Under the pieces are notes generated by a model. That model was given only the letters and a program-made list of their open reading frames with translations, had not been told where the DNA came from and did not search any database. A stretch of DNA of 64,000 bases from Heterodontus francisci (Eukaryota), in contig NC_090419.1 in the NCBI RefSeq assembly GCF_036365525.1, positions 13,144,001 through 13,208,000 of the forward strand, given 5' to 3'. The number at the start of each line of letters is the position of its first letter. Within the stretch, counting starts at the first letter, position 1. Of the stretch, positions 12,201 through 25,070 are shown piece by piece. Made by a program: the position numbers and the translations under genes.

Positions 12201-13276
12201 CAGGTCATGTCAAACTAATTCATTATCGAGTGTTTTGGACTGTTTGAGAAACATGATCACAGTGTTAGACAAACACCAGTATCTCCTCTTTCATCTCATT
12301 CCCTTTTCCTTCCTGGAATGCAAAGTCAGAGATGAAGCATCCCGGCAAAGTTTGAAGAGTTTTATTGTCAGGTTTCTGTTTGTATTTGCTGTATTTTTTT
12401 AGGATCAAAGATTGTGCTGTCATTGACACTCAGTTTCTCAGTGTCTTTGTTTGCTTGTGTTTTCACTGGGATTTGGGATCAATCACACACACTGTTCTGA
12501 GTCGATTTATCGTTGACGGTCATCATTTCCCCCAGAACATGATCAGTAAACGATGGGGTGCGTTGATTCAACCCATTAAAATAAATATGAGTGAATATCT
12601 CCTCTTACACAGTTCCCAACAATGCAAACTGGTTAAAACTAAAGCGTGCAACCTAAAATTCAGAATCCCAGGCATTTGGCAAAAATACACAGGTGTAGAA
12701 ATTGGAATGCTCCTGAATCGGGGTGAGATCCGGGTGCAAGGTGCTGTGCACAGAGTTAAAGAGAGACCATGGGAAACTGTTCCACCAGCCTCATTACTAT
12801 CGGACTCTCGAGCTGTGGGCACAGTCGCAGCCCCTGAGGCAGCTCACTGCCCATCTTAGAAGCAGCGGGCATTACTGCACTTGCAGCAAAACCCTACACA
12901 GTCTCATGAGCCAACCCTGCACCATACTGTATGCCCCTCAATCCCTCACCCTCTGGTGCCTTCGCCACCAACACCCACCAGACCCTGTCTGATGCATGCC
13001 CGAGAATGAAAAGACTGTAAAATGTTTTCTTAAAAATACATATGTCCTTTAAAAAGCTGCATGGTTTTGCTGTTATATTTATCTTCCAGCCTGCGGGATT
13101 TTTTTTCAAATTTTTTCATGGGATGTGGGCGTCACTGGCAAGGCCAGCATTTGTTGCCCATCCCTAATTGGCTTTGACAACTGAGTGGCTTGCTACGCCA
13201 TTTCAGAGGGCAGTAAAGAGTCAACCATACTGCTTTGGGTCTGGAGTCACATATAGGCCAGACCAGGTAAGGTGAG

Positions 13277-14445
13277 GTGACAGTGACTGCCATTGACATC
13301 AAGGCAGCATTTGACTTGAGTATCGCATCAAGGAACCCTAGCAAAACTGGAATCAGGGGGAAACCCTCTTCTAGTTTGAATCATACCGAGCACAAAGGAA
13401 GACGGTTGTGGTTGTTGGATGTCAATCATCTCAGCTCCAGGACATCACTGCAGGAGTTCCTCAGGCTAGTGTTTTAGGCCCAACCATCTTCAGCTGCTTC
13501 ATCAATGACCTTCCCTCCATCATTAGGTCAGAAGTGGGGATGTTTGCTGATGATTGCACAATGTTCAGCACCATTCGCGACTCCTCAGATACTGAAGTAA
13601 TCTGTGTAGAAATGCAGCAAGACCTGGACAATATCCAGGCTTGGGCTGATAAGTGGCAAGTAACATTTGCACCACACAAATGCCAGGCAATGACTATCCC
13701 AAACAAGAGAGAATCTAACCATCTCCCCTTGATGTTCAATGGCATTACCATTGCTGAATCCCCCACTATCAACATCCTGGGGGTTACCATTGACCAGGAA
13801 CTGAACTGGACCAGCCATATAAATACCGTGGCTACAAGAGCAGGACAGAGGCTGGGAATTCTGAGGTGAGTAACTCACCACCTGACTCCCCAAAGCCTGT
13901 CCACCATCTACAAGGCACAAGTCCAGAGTGTGATGGAATACTCTCCACTTGCCTGGATGGGTGCAGTTCCAACAACACTCAAGAAGCTCGACACCATCCA
14001 GGACAAAGCAGGCCTGCTTAATCGGCACCCCATCCACCACCTTCAACATTCACTCCCTCCACCACCATGCACAGTGGCAGCAGTGTGTACCATCTACAAG
14101 AAACAGTGCAGCAACTCACCAAGCCTCCTTCGACAGCACCTTCCAAACCCACGACCTCTACCACCTAGGACAAGGGCAGCAGAAGCATGGGAACACCACC
14201 ACCTGCAAGTTCCCCTCCAAGCCACACACCATCCTGACTTGGAACTATATCGGCCGTTCCTTCACTGTCGCTGGGTCAAAAACCTGGAACTCCCTCCCTA
14301 ACAGCACTGTGGGTGTACCTTCACCCCAGGGACTGCAGCGGTTCAAGAAGGCAGCTCACCCTCATTTTCTCAAGGGGCAATTAGGAATGGGCAATAAATG
14401 CTGGCCTTGCCAGTGACGCCTACATCCCACTAACAAATATAAAAA
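13277..14445 (+). mobile_element. CR1-group LINE 3' portion (second family; another copy 32230-32990, minus)
   Basis: GVPQASVLGPTIFSCFINDL...MFADDC and MEYSPLAW; 3' tail GGGCAATAAATGCTGGCCTTGCCAG. Confidence 0.85.
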
Positions 14446-14584
14446 TGGCAGACTTCCTTCCCTAAAGGACATTAGTGAACCAGATGGGCTTTTATGACAA
14501 TAGCAGTTTCATTGCACCACTATTAATTAATTGAATTTAAATTCAACCAGCTGTCATGATCGGATTGGAATCCGTGTCCCCAGG

Positions 14585-15617
14585 TGTCACGCCAACGTGC
14601 TATGTTGAATTATAAATTTTTAACCCACCAGCTGGAGACCTGAATTTGTTTTTTTTTAAGAAATTAAAAAGGAAGAGATAAAGGGTGACTTTGCTAGCAG
14701 CTTAAGATGGCCACCTAATTTGCAACATTGTATCCTACATTGCACGGCCTGTGAGGTAGAGATGAAGAGTCTGGCCCTTTCCAGCAAGAACCAAGACTTG
14801 GGAAATTTAAGGGAACTGCCTGTTCCCATTAGCAAGGCATCAAGATTATCACGTGAACAATGGGACCCTGGTGTGAGCAAGAAATCCCCCGTCATGGGCT
14901 CTTAAGTTGCAAGAAGAAATACACACTGATAACTACCATGCTTGAATCACTGGGAGACTGCCATGTGACAAGTCCCCTCCCTCCTGTGTGGTTTGAGCTG
15001 CTGTCTCTCTGCAGCAGGCTGACAAGCATCTGGACTCTGACGAGTGGGAGTCCCTTCTTTCTCTCCATTCCAGCTGGCAAGCTTCAAACCCTGCCCGCTG
15101 ATTGTGCCCACCTCTGCGTACCCTGGCTTACAACCAGAGACCCCTTGAAGTAAATTATCCGCATCGCTGTCTCCAAGAGACACGCTGAATCAGCCTTCTA
15201 CGTCTTCAAACCGAAAGCCTCACGACCACCGAATCCAGCTAGAAGCCAGATGAATCATCAAACTCCACAGACTGTATACCCCTTGTTTCTATGGACACTA
15301 ATTCGACCAATCTATCCTTCCCCACTCTGTACCCTATTTGTGTGTGTATAAACCTCAAGTGTGTGTGTGTGTATGTGAAAGTTGGAGCATAGTTTATTAT
15401 TTTACTTAGATTGGTTTAAGTACAATAAAGCTAACCACTCTCTTTGTTAAACTCAAGAAAACCTGTCCAATTGGTTCTTTTTATGATTATAGCACTTAAA
15501 TCATCACTCACTGAATTGTCAATTACATCCACTTAAAAATAAAATAAACCTGTTGTGGTCAAACAAGGGGAGAGAAAAGAGGGAAGCCCTTCGACTCCTC
15601 CTCACCTGACTGTAACA
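14585..15617 (+). mobile_element. Probable solo LTR inserted in a SINE
   Basis: TGTCAC...GTAACA termini, CCAG near both junctions, internal AATAAA. The interrupted SINE continues on both sides. Related 3' sequence at ~19400-19890. Confidence 0.55.
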
Positions 15618-17599
15618 CCAGCACATTAGCCTAGGCTTTTGGATTACTAGTTCAGTGAAATTACACTACGCCACCATCTCCCCATGTGGATCTACAGCAC
15701 TGCCTCAGCCAGTGAGAGCTGAAGATGGGCGCTCAAGAGTGGGCACAGTACCCTCCCCCATTGACCGTGTGCAGTGGCATTGGGGTGTCATCAAGACAGT
15801 AGCGGAGAGTGGGACATGAACGGATTGGAGAACGGGCCAGTCATTAATAAAAGTTGTCCATTTAAGGGTGGCATTTATTGAAATGCTTGTGCTCGCCCCG
15901 AACGACTGGCAGGACATTTGGCATTTCAGGTGCCAAGCCTGACTAGGAATCTGCCACCTGCACCCAGAATGTTCATCTAGGGTGACCCTGTTTTCCAGGG
16001 GACAGTCCTGGATAAGGTACCACGTCCCTCAGCTGAGGTATTGTGTCCTTTCGGATGTCAATCGCATGTTTTCAACTAGTAGAAGGGGTGGATTTGGAGA
16101 GGGACTTTTTGCACAGGTCACACCCTATGGCTGCACTGCTCATGCCCCTGCCCTCAACACACAACGACCCTCCCCCCACAACCCCTCACCATCCGACTTC
16201 CTGAATAATCCTCAGATTGTGCACAGTTTTCCTGTGAAATTTGGTTGAAAAGAGAACGAACCCTCAGCTCTAGAATGTATGGTTACCCCCAAGATAAACC
16301 CATCTTTTCCCCTCAGACCTCTGGCGGGCAGGGAATTTCTAGAGTTTGCAGTTAACGTTAATATTACAAGTTTCCAGTTCTTCCTATTCTGTGCCCCTCG
16401 CCCCCCCCCAATCCCGCGCCCCATTGCACCCTTGCCATAATGATGCATCCTTGGAGGTAATCTCACCACAGTTGAATATCCCTTTATTCTCCGTGGCCAG
16501 ACCTGCCCCTGAAGAATGGGTACATTGGTGCAATCATCAGCCACAGTCATGGACTTGCTAGATGCTCCCCCCGGTGCCTAAGGAACCCCACCAATGGCTT
16601 CAGGAGAGATGGGCAGAACACTGCCAAATATAAGAGGATTTACAGGCGACCACATATGAATTCTCCCCTCCAACTCCCGTCATTCTTCAGTCCCGCTGAG
16701 CAACCCGCTCCTTGTCGCTTTCGTCTCATGTTCCCAGTTCAAGCAAGTACTGGCTGGTAAAACCAGAGGGATTTAAACAGCGGTGTCTCCAAGATACGGT
16801 ATTAGGACCACTGCTCTTTTTGATACACATTAATGACCTGAATTTGGGAAGACAGAGCATCATTTCAAATCTTGCAGATGACGCAAAGCTCGGAAACGCA
16901 GTAAACAGTGAAGGGAATAGTAACTGACTTCAGAAGAACATGGGCAGACCAGTGAGATGGGCAGACATACGGCAGATGCAGTTTAACAGAGGAGTGTGAA
17001 GCGATGTATTTTGGTAGGAAGAATGAGGAGAGGCGATAAAATTTAATCACGGGTTAGATTACATTTCTGTTTATTGCTTGCCAGCAGCAAAGGGGCATGT
17101 GTTGACGAAGAGGCTAAACCTGCCCGGTAGGCACAATGCTTGACTGAAAACCCATTGTGAGCACAAATAATAACTCGTTAACTTTATACAAAGCCACATC
17201 TTATCCCTTTGACAAAAGATATGGCTACATAAGAATGAGATTTAAGTTCTGATAAACATGAGCACCTTTAAACTGGAAGCCTGCCCTCTGTTTAATACAG
17301 GAACCCCCAGGCTTTCAGTTCAACTTCCTTACTGGAACTGGGTCTGTATCTTCACTGATCAAGTTGCTCGGCTTGCGTCAGAAAAGAGGAACCTATCAGT
17401 CCACGGATGTGAGGGATTTAGATTTAAAATACTGATTTTGGGGGAATGTGAAAAGTGTTTCTTGAACAATCTCGTGCATTTCCAAAGCACCTTTCACCTC
17501 AAGGTACTTTTTTAAAGTGCAGTTACAGCTGTAACGCAGCCAACTGCAGCACAGCAAGATCCCACAAGTTGTAAGGAGTCCAATCAGCAGATTTTTTTT

Positions 17600-17920
17600 T
17601 TAGATTTAGAGATACAGCACTGAAACAGGCCATTCAGCCCACCGAGTCTGTGCCGACCATTAACCACCCATTTATACTAATCCTATATTCCTATCACATC
17701 CTCACCTGTCCCTATATTCCCCTACCACCTACCTATACTAGTGGCAATTTATAATGGCCAATTCACCTATCAACCTGCAAGTCTTTTGGCTGTGGGAGGA
17801 AACCGGAGCACCCGGAGAAAACCCACGCAGACACAGGGAGAACTTGCAAACTCCACACAGGCAGTACCCAGAATTGAACCCGGGTCGCTGGAGCTGTGAG
17901 GCTGCGGTGCTAACCACTGA
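17600..17920 (-). mobile_element. V-SINE (HE1-like)
   Basis: tRNA-like B-box GGTTCAATT, V-domain CTCCGGGTGCTCCGGTTTCCTCCCACA and CR1-like tail; very similar to 42890-43235. Confidence 0.8.
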
Positions 17921-19904
17921 CCCACTCTAAAGTTATGCTGGCTGAGGGATGAATGCTGGGAGAACTGGAATGAATCTTTGGCTGGGTGCCAGCGCTAGCA
18001 TCTGTGAATCAGAAAAGGTGCAGGGTTCAGCACCGTCCCCCCTCCCCCACAGTTCCAGACAGTCCAGGGGAGGGGAGAGCAGAACTCCGGGTCTGAATTT
18101 CAGATTGATATCCAGTGGGATTCTTGCCTCAAGTGGCCGTTCACGGCCCAGCAACCCCCTCATCGTATGGGTTGTGGGAGCCCATAAACCCCTCTGCACC
18201 GCCCCCCCCGAGGTATTGGACTATTGGCTAGTATAGAGAGGGTTTTGGCCAAGGGCAGTGTGATCACATCGGGACCTGCCAGATTTGTTAATCAGCCCAT
18301 GAATCCTCCACTACCCCAAGGGAAGAGCACAATAACAACTAGCACCACCTTGGTTTAACATTGCATCATGAAAGGTGGCACCTCTGACAGTGCAGCACTC
18401 CTTCAATGCCGCAGTGCAGTTTCAGCCTGTGCAGTGGGACTTGAACCCGTGCCCACAGGACTCCAACGTGGGAGTGCTACCACTGAGAGAGAGAGTGAGT
18501 GAGTGAGTGAGTGAGTGAGAGAGAGAGAGAGAATGGGACCTTCAAGACCAAAGACATTTTTGAGCAGCGGAGGGAGGGGGTGAGGAATAAAGAGAATCTT
18601 CGCCAAGCCCCAGTCGGGGGCATTGACTGGAAGTTTGGTTAAAGAAGTAAGTTTAAGATCTTGAAAGGTGCAGAAGCAGAGGGGCTTAGAGGGAGGTTCC
18701 ATCAGGCTGCCAATGGTGAGGGAGAGGAGAGAGATGTACAGAAAGAGGGAGGGGAGATAAGATTGGGAGACATTATCATGGTCAAGGGGCAAAGGTCATG
18801 GAGGGATCTGGTGGATATGTGAGATTGGGGGGGTGGGGGTGGGATGATGAGGGGGGAGGAAAAGGAGCCGATGTCAGACAGCCAGGATGGGACTGATGGG
18901 TGAGGAGACTCACTATGGGAAACAATAAGGGCATCTGGGTTTAGGACAAGTAGGAGTTTATGGAGGGTAAAGAACAGGCAGCTCAACATCGGAATAGTCA
19001 AGTCTAGAGTGGACGGGGGACAAAAACAATTAAATATGTTGTGACTGGGGTGGGAGGAGTGCACTGTTAATTCAGTCCCACTTCTCCACAGGTCACAACA
19101 CATTCTTTAAAATGTTCCCACTTATCGATACATTTAATCACATACTCTATTTTCCCCAGAATAGAACAGCCTTCTCCTGTTCCTATTTAAGCTCATACCG
19201 TGCCCATTTAGACCACTTCCCCACAGGCAGTTCCTGCACCTTAGAGGAAGAAGACAGGTTAAACACAGCCATGCTTCAAACTGCAAACTGGACATCAGCT
19301 ACCCCCACAAAGACTAGCTAGATTACAATAAAAACCTACAAACATGCAAGCAGACAGTGTTGGAACAAGGGACCCAGTCCTTGCTTCCCCAATACACAGA
19401 AGAAGTGGTCAGACCAGGTTAGTCGTGAAACCAGAGAGAGAGGAGTCTCCTACGTGAACAAGGTTTAAGAAGAATACTGGGCCCCAACGAAAAGTAGAGC
19501 TGTCTACAATCAAAGACTCTACAGCGAGCTGGAAACACAGAAACAGTAACAAGAAACCCCCTTCAGAGACTGCCTCAAACCTCTCAACTTTATTTTCCTT
19601 CTGCTCTTTTCTGTCCCTATTTGCACGAGTGTATCGCGTGTGCATGCTAGCGTGGGCGCAGGCGTTAACCGAATTAGAGTTTAAGTTTAAGCTTCAATAA
19701 ATTTCACTTTTCTTCTTTAAACCCAAGAAAACCTAGTGTGCTCATTTCTTTGCCTTATAATTGGAAAGTGGTGAACAAGAATTCACCAAGGGGAGGAGCT
19801 CAAAATACAGTGTGTTTAAAAATCAAACCCTGTTACAATAAGACCAGGTGAAGACAGTAAAAGACCCCCTGGACACCTTTCTCACCTGGTGAAGGATTAA
19901 GTAG

Positions 19905-20595
19905 GAAGTATGACAAAAGAACACAAAAGTCCGAGTGTTTCAAGCCTGTGTCCTCAGTACCTTGCTCTACGGCAGCGAGGCCTAGACAACGTATGTCAGC
20001 CAAGAGCGACGTCTCAACTCATTCCATCTTCGCTGCCTCTGGAGAATCCCTGGCATCAGGTAGCAGGACTGTATCTCCAACACAGAAGTCCTCGAGGCGG
20101 CCAACATCCCCAGCATATACACCCTACTGAGCCAGCGGCGCTTGAGATGGCTTGGCCATGTGAGCCGCATGAAAGATGGTAGGATCCCCAAGGACACATT
20201 TTACAGCGAGCTCGGCACTGGTATCAGACCCACCGGCCGTCCATGTCTCCGCTTTAAAGACGTCTGCAAACGCGATATAAAGTCCTGTGACATTGACCAC
20301 AAGTCGTGGGAGTCAGTTGCCAGCGATCGTCAGAGCTGGCGGGCAGCCATAAAGGCGGGGCTAAAGAATGGCGAGTCAAAGAGACTTAGCTGTTGGCAGG
20401 AAAAAAGGCAGAAGCGCAAAGAGAGAGCCAACTGTGTAACAGCCCCGACAACCAATTTTATCTGCAGCGCCTGTGGAAGAGTCTGTCACGCTACAATTGG
20501 CCTTTATAGCCACTCCAGGCGCTGCTCCACAAACCACTGACCACCTCCAGGCGCTTACCCATTGTCTCTCGAGTCAAGGAGGCCAAAGAAGATGA
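19905..20595 (+). mobile_element. RTE-clade LINE 3' end
   Basis: LRWLGHVSRMKDGRIPKDTFYSEL...GRPCLRFKDVCKRD and C-terminal CSACGRVC..H. Confidence 0.85.
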
Positions 20596-21001
20596 TTAGT
20601 CTGATACTAGCACAATAAGCAACTCTTAGCTCCCTGGGAAACACAAAAAAAAAATCAAATTGACTGTGGCTTAAGCTAAGGTGATGAATCTCATAAAGTA
20701 ATTGACTGTGCTGGGCGTTCTCCTACTGTTTGAAAAGCGCACTTTGCCAAGAATCTTCAACTAGGCCAAGGCATTAGCATCCCACTTCCAGGTTGCCCAA
20801 GCAATCATTGAGTGCAGGCGTGATGATGAAGGGATATTCAAAAGAAGGATTTCTGGTTAAGGGAACCCTGGCAGAGGTCAGAATGGCTGAATTCTACATT
20901 GCTTCCTGAGGCTTCAGCAAACACAGGAATATAAAAGGACACCGAGTGGCTCCTTCCTGCAGATCTTGCTGTGGGAACTGAGGAACTGAAGTGAAGTAAT
21001 G

Positions 21002-23645
21002 GTTCCCTCAGTACTGACCCTCCGACAGTACGGCGCCCCCTCAGTACTGACCCTCCGACAGCGTGACACTCCCGCAGTACTGACCCTCCGACAGTGCGGT
21101 GCTCCCTCAGTACTGACCCTCCGACAGTGCGGTGCTCCCTCAGTACTGACCCTCCGACAGCGTGACACTCCTGCAGTACTGACCCTCCGACAGTGCGGTG
21201 CTCCCTCAGTACTGACCCTCCGACAGTGCGGTGCTCCCTCAGTACTGACCCTCCGACAGTGCGGCGCTCCCTCAGTACTGCCCCTCCGACAGTGCGGCGC
21301 TCCCTCAGTACTGACCCTCCGACAGTGCGGTGCTCCCTCAGTACTGACCCTCCAACAGCGCAGCGCTCCCGCGGTAATGACCCTCCGACAGCGCAGCGCT
21401 CCCTCAGTACTGACCCTCCGACAGCGCAGCGCTCCCTCAGTACTGACCCTCCGACAGTGCGGCGCTCCCGCAGTACTGACCCTCCGACAGTGCGGTGCTC
21501 CCTCAGTACTGACCCTCCAACAGCGCAGCGCTCCCGCGGTAATGACCCTCCGACAGCGCAGCGCTCCCTCAGTACTGACCCTCCGACAGCGCAGCGCTCC
21601 CTCAGTACTGACCCTCCGACAGTGCGGCGCTCCCTCAGTACTGACCCTCCGACAGCGCAGCGCTCCCTCAGTACTGACCCTCCGACAGTGCGGCGCTCCC
21701 TCAGTACTGACCCTCCGACAGTGCGACGCTCCCGCAGTACTGACCCTCCGACAGCGTGACGCTCCCGCAGTACTGACCCTCCGACAGTGCGGTGCTCCCT
21801 CAGTACTGACCCTCCGACAGCGCAGCGCTCCCTCAGTACTGACCTTCCGACAGTGCGGCGCTCCCTCAGTACTGACCCTCCGACAGTGCGACGCTCCCGC
21901 AGTACTGACCCTCTGACAGTGCGGCACTCCCTCAGTACCGACCCTCCAACAGTGCGGCGTTCCCTCAGTACTGACGTTCCGACAGTGCGGTGCTCCCTCA
22001 GTACTGACCCTCCGACAGTGCGGTGATCACTCAGTATTGACCCTCCGACAGTACGGTGATCACTCAGTACTGACCCTCCGACAGCGTGACACTCCCTCAG
22101 TAATGACCCTCCAACAGTGCGGTGATCACTCAGTATTGACCCTCCGACAGTACGGTGATCACTCAGTACTGACCCTCCGACAGCGTGACGCTCCCTCAGT
22201 ATTGACCCTCCGACAGTGCGGCGCTCCCTCAGTACTGACCCTCTGACTGGGCGGCGCTCCCTCAGTACTGACCCTCCGACAGTGCGGCGCTCCCTCAGTA
22301 CTGACCCTCCGACAGCGCAGCGCTCCCTCAGTACTGACCCTCCGACAGTGCGGTGCTCCCTCAGTAATGACCCTCTGACTGGGCGGCGCTCCCTCAGTAC
22401 TGACCCTCCGACAGTGCGGCGCTCCCTCAGTACTGACCCTCCGACAGCGCGACGCTCCCGCAGTACTGATCCGACGACAGTCCGGCACTCCCTCAGTACT
22501 GACCCTCCGACAGCACGGAGCTCCCTCAGCACTGACCCTCCGACAGCACGGAGCTCCCTCAGTACTGACCGTCCGACAGTGTGGCACTCCCTCAGTACTG
22601 ACCCTCCGACAGTGCGGCGCTCCCTCAGTACTGATCATCCGACAGTCCGGCGCTCCCTCAGTACTGACCCTCCGACAGCACGGAGCTCCCTCAGTACTGA
22701 CCGTCCGACAGTGTGGCACTCCCTCAGTACTGACCCTCCGACAGTGCGGCGCTCCCTCAGTACTGATCATCCGACAGTCCGGTGCTCCCTCAGTACTGAC
22801 CCTCCGACAGCACGGAGCTCCCTCAGTACTGACCCTCCGACATTGCGGCGCTCTCTCAGTACTGACCCTTCAACAGCGTGGCGCTCCCTCAGTACTGACC
22901 CTCCCACAGTGCGGCGCCCCCTCAGTACTGACCCTCCGACAGTGTGGTGCCCCCTCGGTACTGACCCTCCCACAGTCTGGTGCCCCCTCAGTACTGACCC
23001 TCCCACAGTGCGGCGCTCCCTCAGTACTGACTCTCCCACAGTGCAGTGCTCCCTCAGTAATGACCCTCAGTGCGGTGCTCCCTCAGTAATGACCCTCTGA
23101 CTGGGCGGCGCTCCCTCAGTACTGACCCTCCGACAGTGCGGCGCTCCCTCAGTACTGACCCTCTGACAGTGTGGCACTCCCGCAGTACTGACCCTCCCAC
23201 AGTGCGGCGCCCCCTCAGTGCTGACCCTCCCACAGTGCGGCGCTCCCTCAGTACTGACTCTCCTACAGTGCGGTGCTCCCTCAGTACTGACCCTCCGACA
23301 GTGTGATGCCCCCTCAGTACTGACCCTCCCACAGTGCGGCGCTCCCTCAGTACTAACTCTCCCACAGTGCGGCGCTCCCTCAGTAATGACCCTCAGTGCG
23401 GTGCTCCCTCAGTAATGACCCTCTGACTGGGCGGCGCTCCCTCAGTACTGACCCTCCGACAGTGCGGCGCTCCCTCAGTACTGACCGTCTGACAGTGTGG
23501 CACTCCCGCAGTACTGACCCTCCCACAGTGCGGCGCTCCCTCAGTACTGACCCTCCGACAGTGCGGCGCTCCCTCAGTACTGACTCTCCCACAGTGCGGC
23601 GCTCCCTCAGTAATGACCCTTTGACAGGGCGGCACTCCCTTGGTA
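21002..23645 (+). repeat. 33-bp GC-rich minisatellite (~80 units)
   Basis: Unit CTCCCTCAGTACTGACCCTCCGACAGTGCGGCG; 11-aa periodic ORFs. Confidence 0.97.
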
Positions 23646-24209
23646 CCATAAATAATTTAAAAAGGGAGTTGGACAGGTACTTGAGGATGAGGAACTCACA
23701 AGGTTAAAGACAAAAAGCAGGGGATGCGGGATTAAGCACAACTGCTTAGAAACACCGACGTGTTTATTGGTGCTCAGAAGCTGGTATAAAGCACCATACA
23801 TGTGAGGGAGAATAGAATCTGGATTTATTGCACAGGAAGAGGACAGCCAGCACAATCAGATAAGTTTCATACATTAAATAGACCTAGTCAAGACATTCCC
23901 AATTTATTATTTCATCATCAACAACAGTATATCTTGGTGTTTAACCCACACTGAAAAATGCTTTCTTTTTCCTGTTTTATCCACATAGCATATCCTGCCT
24001 TACCTCTCCCGAAGGTGCTGAATTCCATTAGACACTCTCCCAAGCGACCCGTTCTCCATCTCTGAGCTCAGAAGGCACATAAACGCAGGGGAATACGACC
24101 CTGGTTCTCTCCTGATGTCTACAGACATGAGCTTCCCAGCAGGGTCACACCGGACTGTTAATCAGAAGAAGGAACCCTGGCTGAGTTTAAAGCCACGGTC
24201 GGTGGCCAT

Positions 24210-25070
24210 TCGGCCCATTGAGTCAATGGCAGCACTCTAACAGCAATTCAGCTAGTTCCACTCCCCTGCCCGTTCCCTAGCAGTCCTGTAAACTTTCCCT
24301 TTGGGTGTTCATCCAATTCCCTTTTGAAAGTCATGATTGAATCTGCCTCCACCACACTCTCAGGCAGCACATTCCAGATCCTAACAACTCTGCGTAAAAA
24401 TCTCTTTCCTCATGTTGCCATTGGTTCTTTTTACCAATCACTATGAATCAGTGTCCTCTGGTTCTCGATCCTTCTGCCAATGGGAACAGTTTCTCCCGAT
24501 CTACTCTGTCCCGATCCCTCATGATTTTAAACTCTGCTATCAAATCTCCTCTCAATCTTCTCTTCTCCAAGGAGAACAACCCCAGCTTCTCCAATCTATC
24601 CATGTAACTGAAATCTCTCACCCTTGGAACCATTCTGCAACTTCTCTAAACCCTTCACATCCTTCCTAAAATGTGATGCCCAGAATTGGACACAAACTCC
24701 AGCTGAGGCCGAGACAGTGTTTTATAAGGCTTCGCCACAACTTCCTGGCTTTGGTACTCTATGCCTCTTTTTCTAAAGCCCAGGATCCCGTATGCCTTTT
24801 AAACCACGTTCTCAACCTGCCCTGCCACCTTCAACTACTTGTGCACATATACCCCCATGTCCCTTTGCTCCTGCGCCCTGCACACCCAAGTCTAGATCAC
24901 TAATCTCGAACAAGAAAAGCAGCAGGGGTTTTAGTACTGACCCCTGGGGAACTTTACCATATACCTTCCTCCAGTCCAAAAAACAAGCAACCATTCACCA
25001 GGCTGTTTCTTGTCCTTAAATCAATTTTGTATCCATGCTGCCACTGTTCCTTTTATTCCATGGGCTTCAG
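24210..25070 (-). mobile_element. CR1 LINE 3' fragment
   Basis: RLEKLGLFSLEKRRLRGDLI and VPQGSVL. Confidence 0.8.

Larger units (their letters stand above)
9664..12849 (+). repeat. Left arm of a ~3.2-kb near-identical inverted repeat (partner 54664-57880)
   Basis: Reverse-complement match from CAGCCAACACGGGG (9664/57880) to GCAGCTCACTG (12849/54664). ORF-track peptides are duplicated on opposite strands. Confidence 0.95.

Noticed and set aside
21002-23645. CRISPR-like array (33-bp repeat with palindrome)
   Set aside because: Units are head-to-tail with no unique spacers, the context is eukaryotic, and there are no cas genes.
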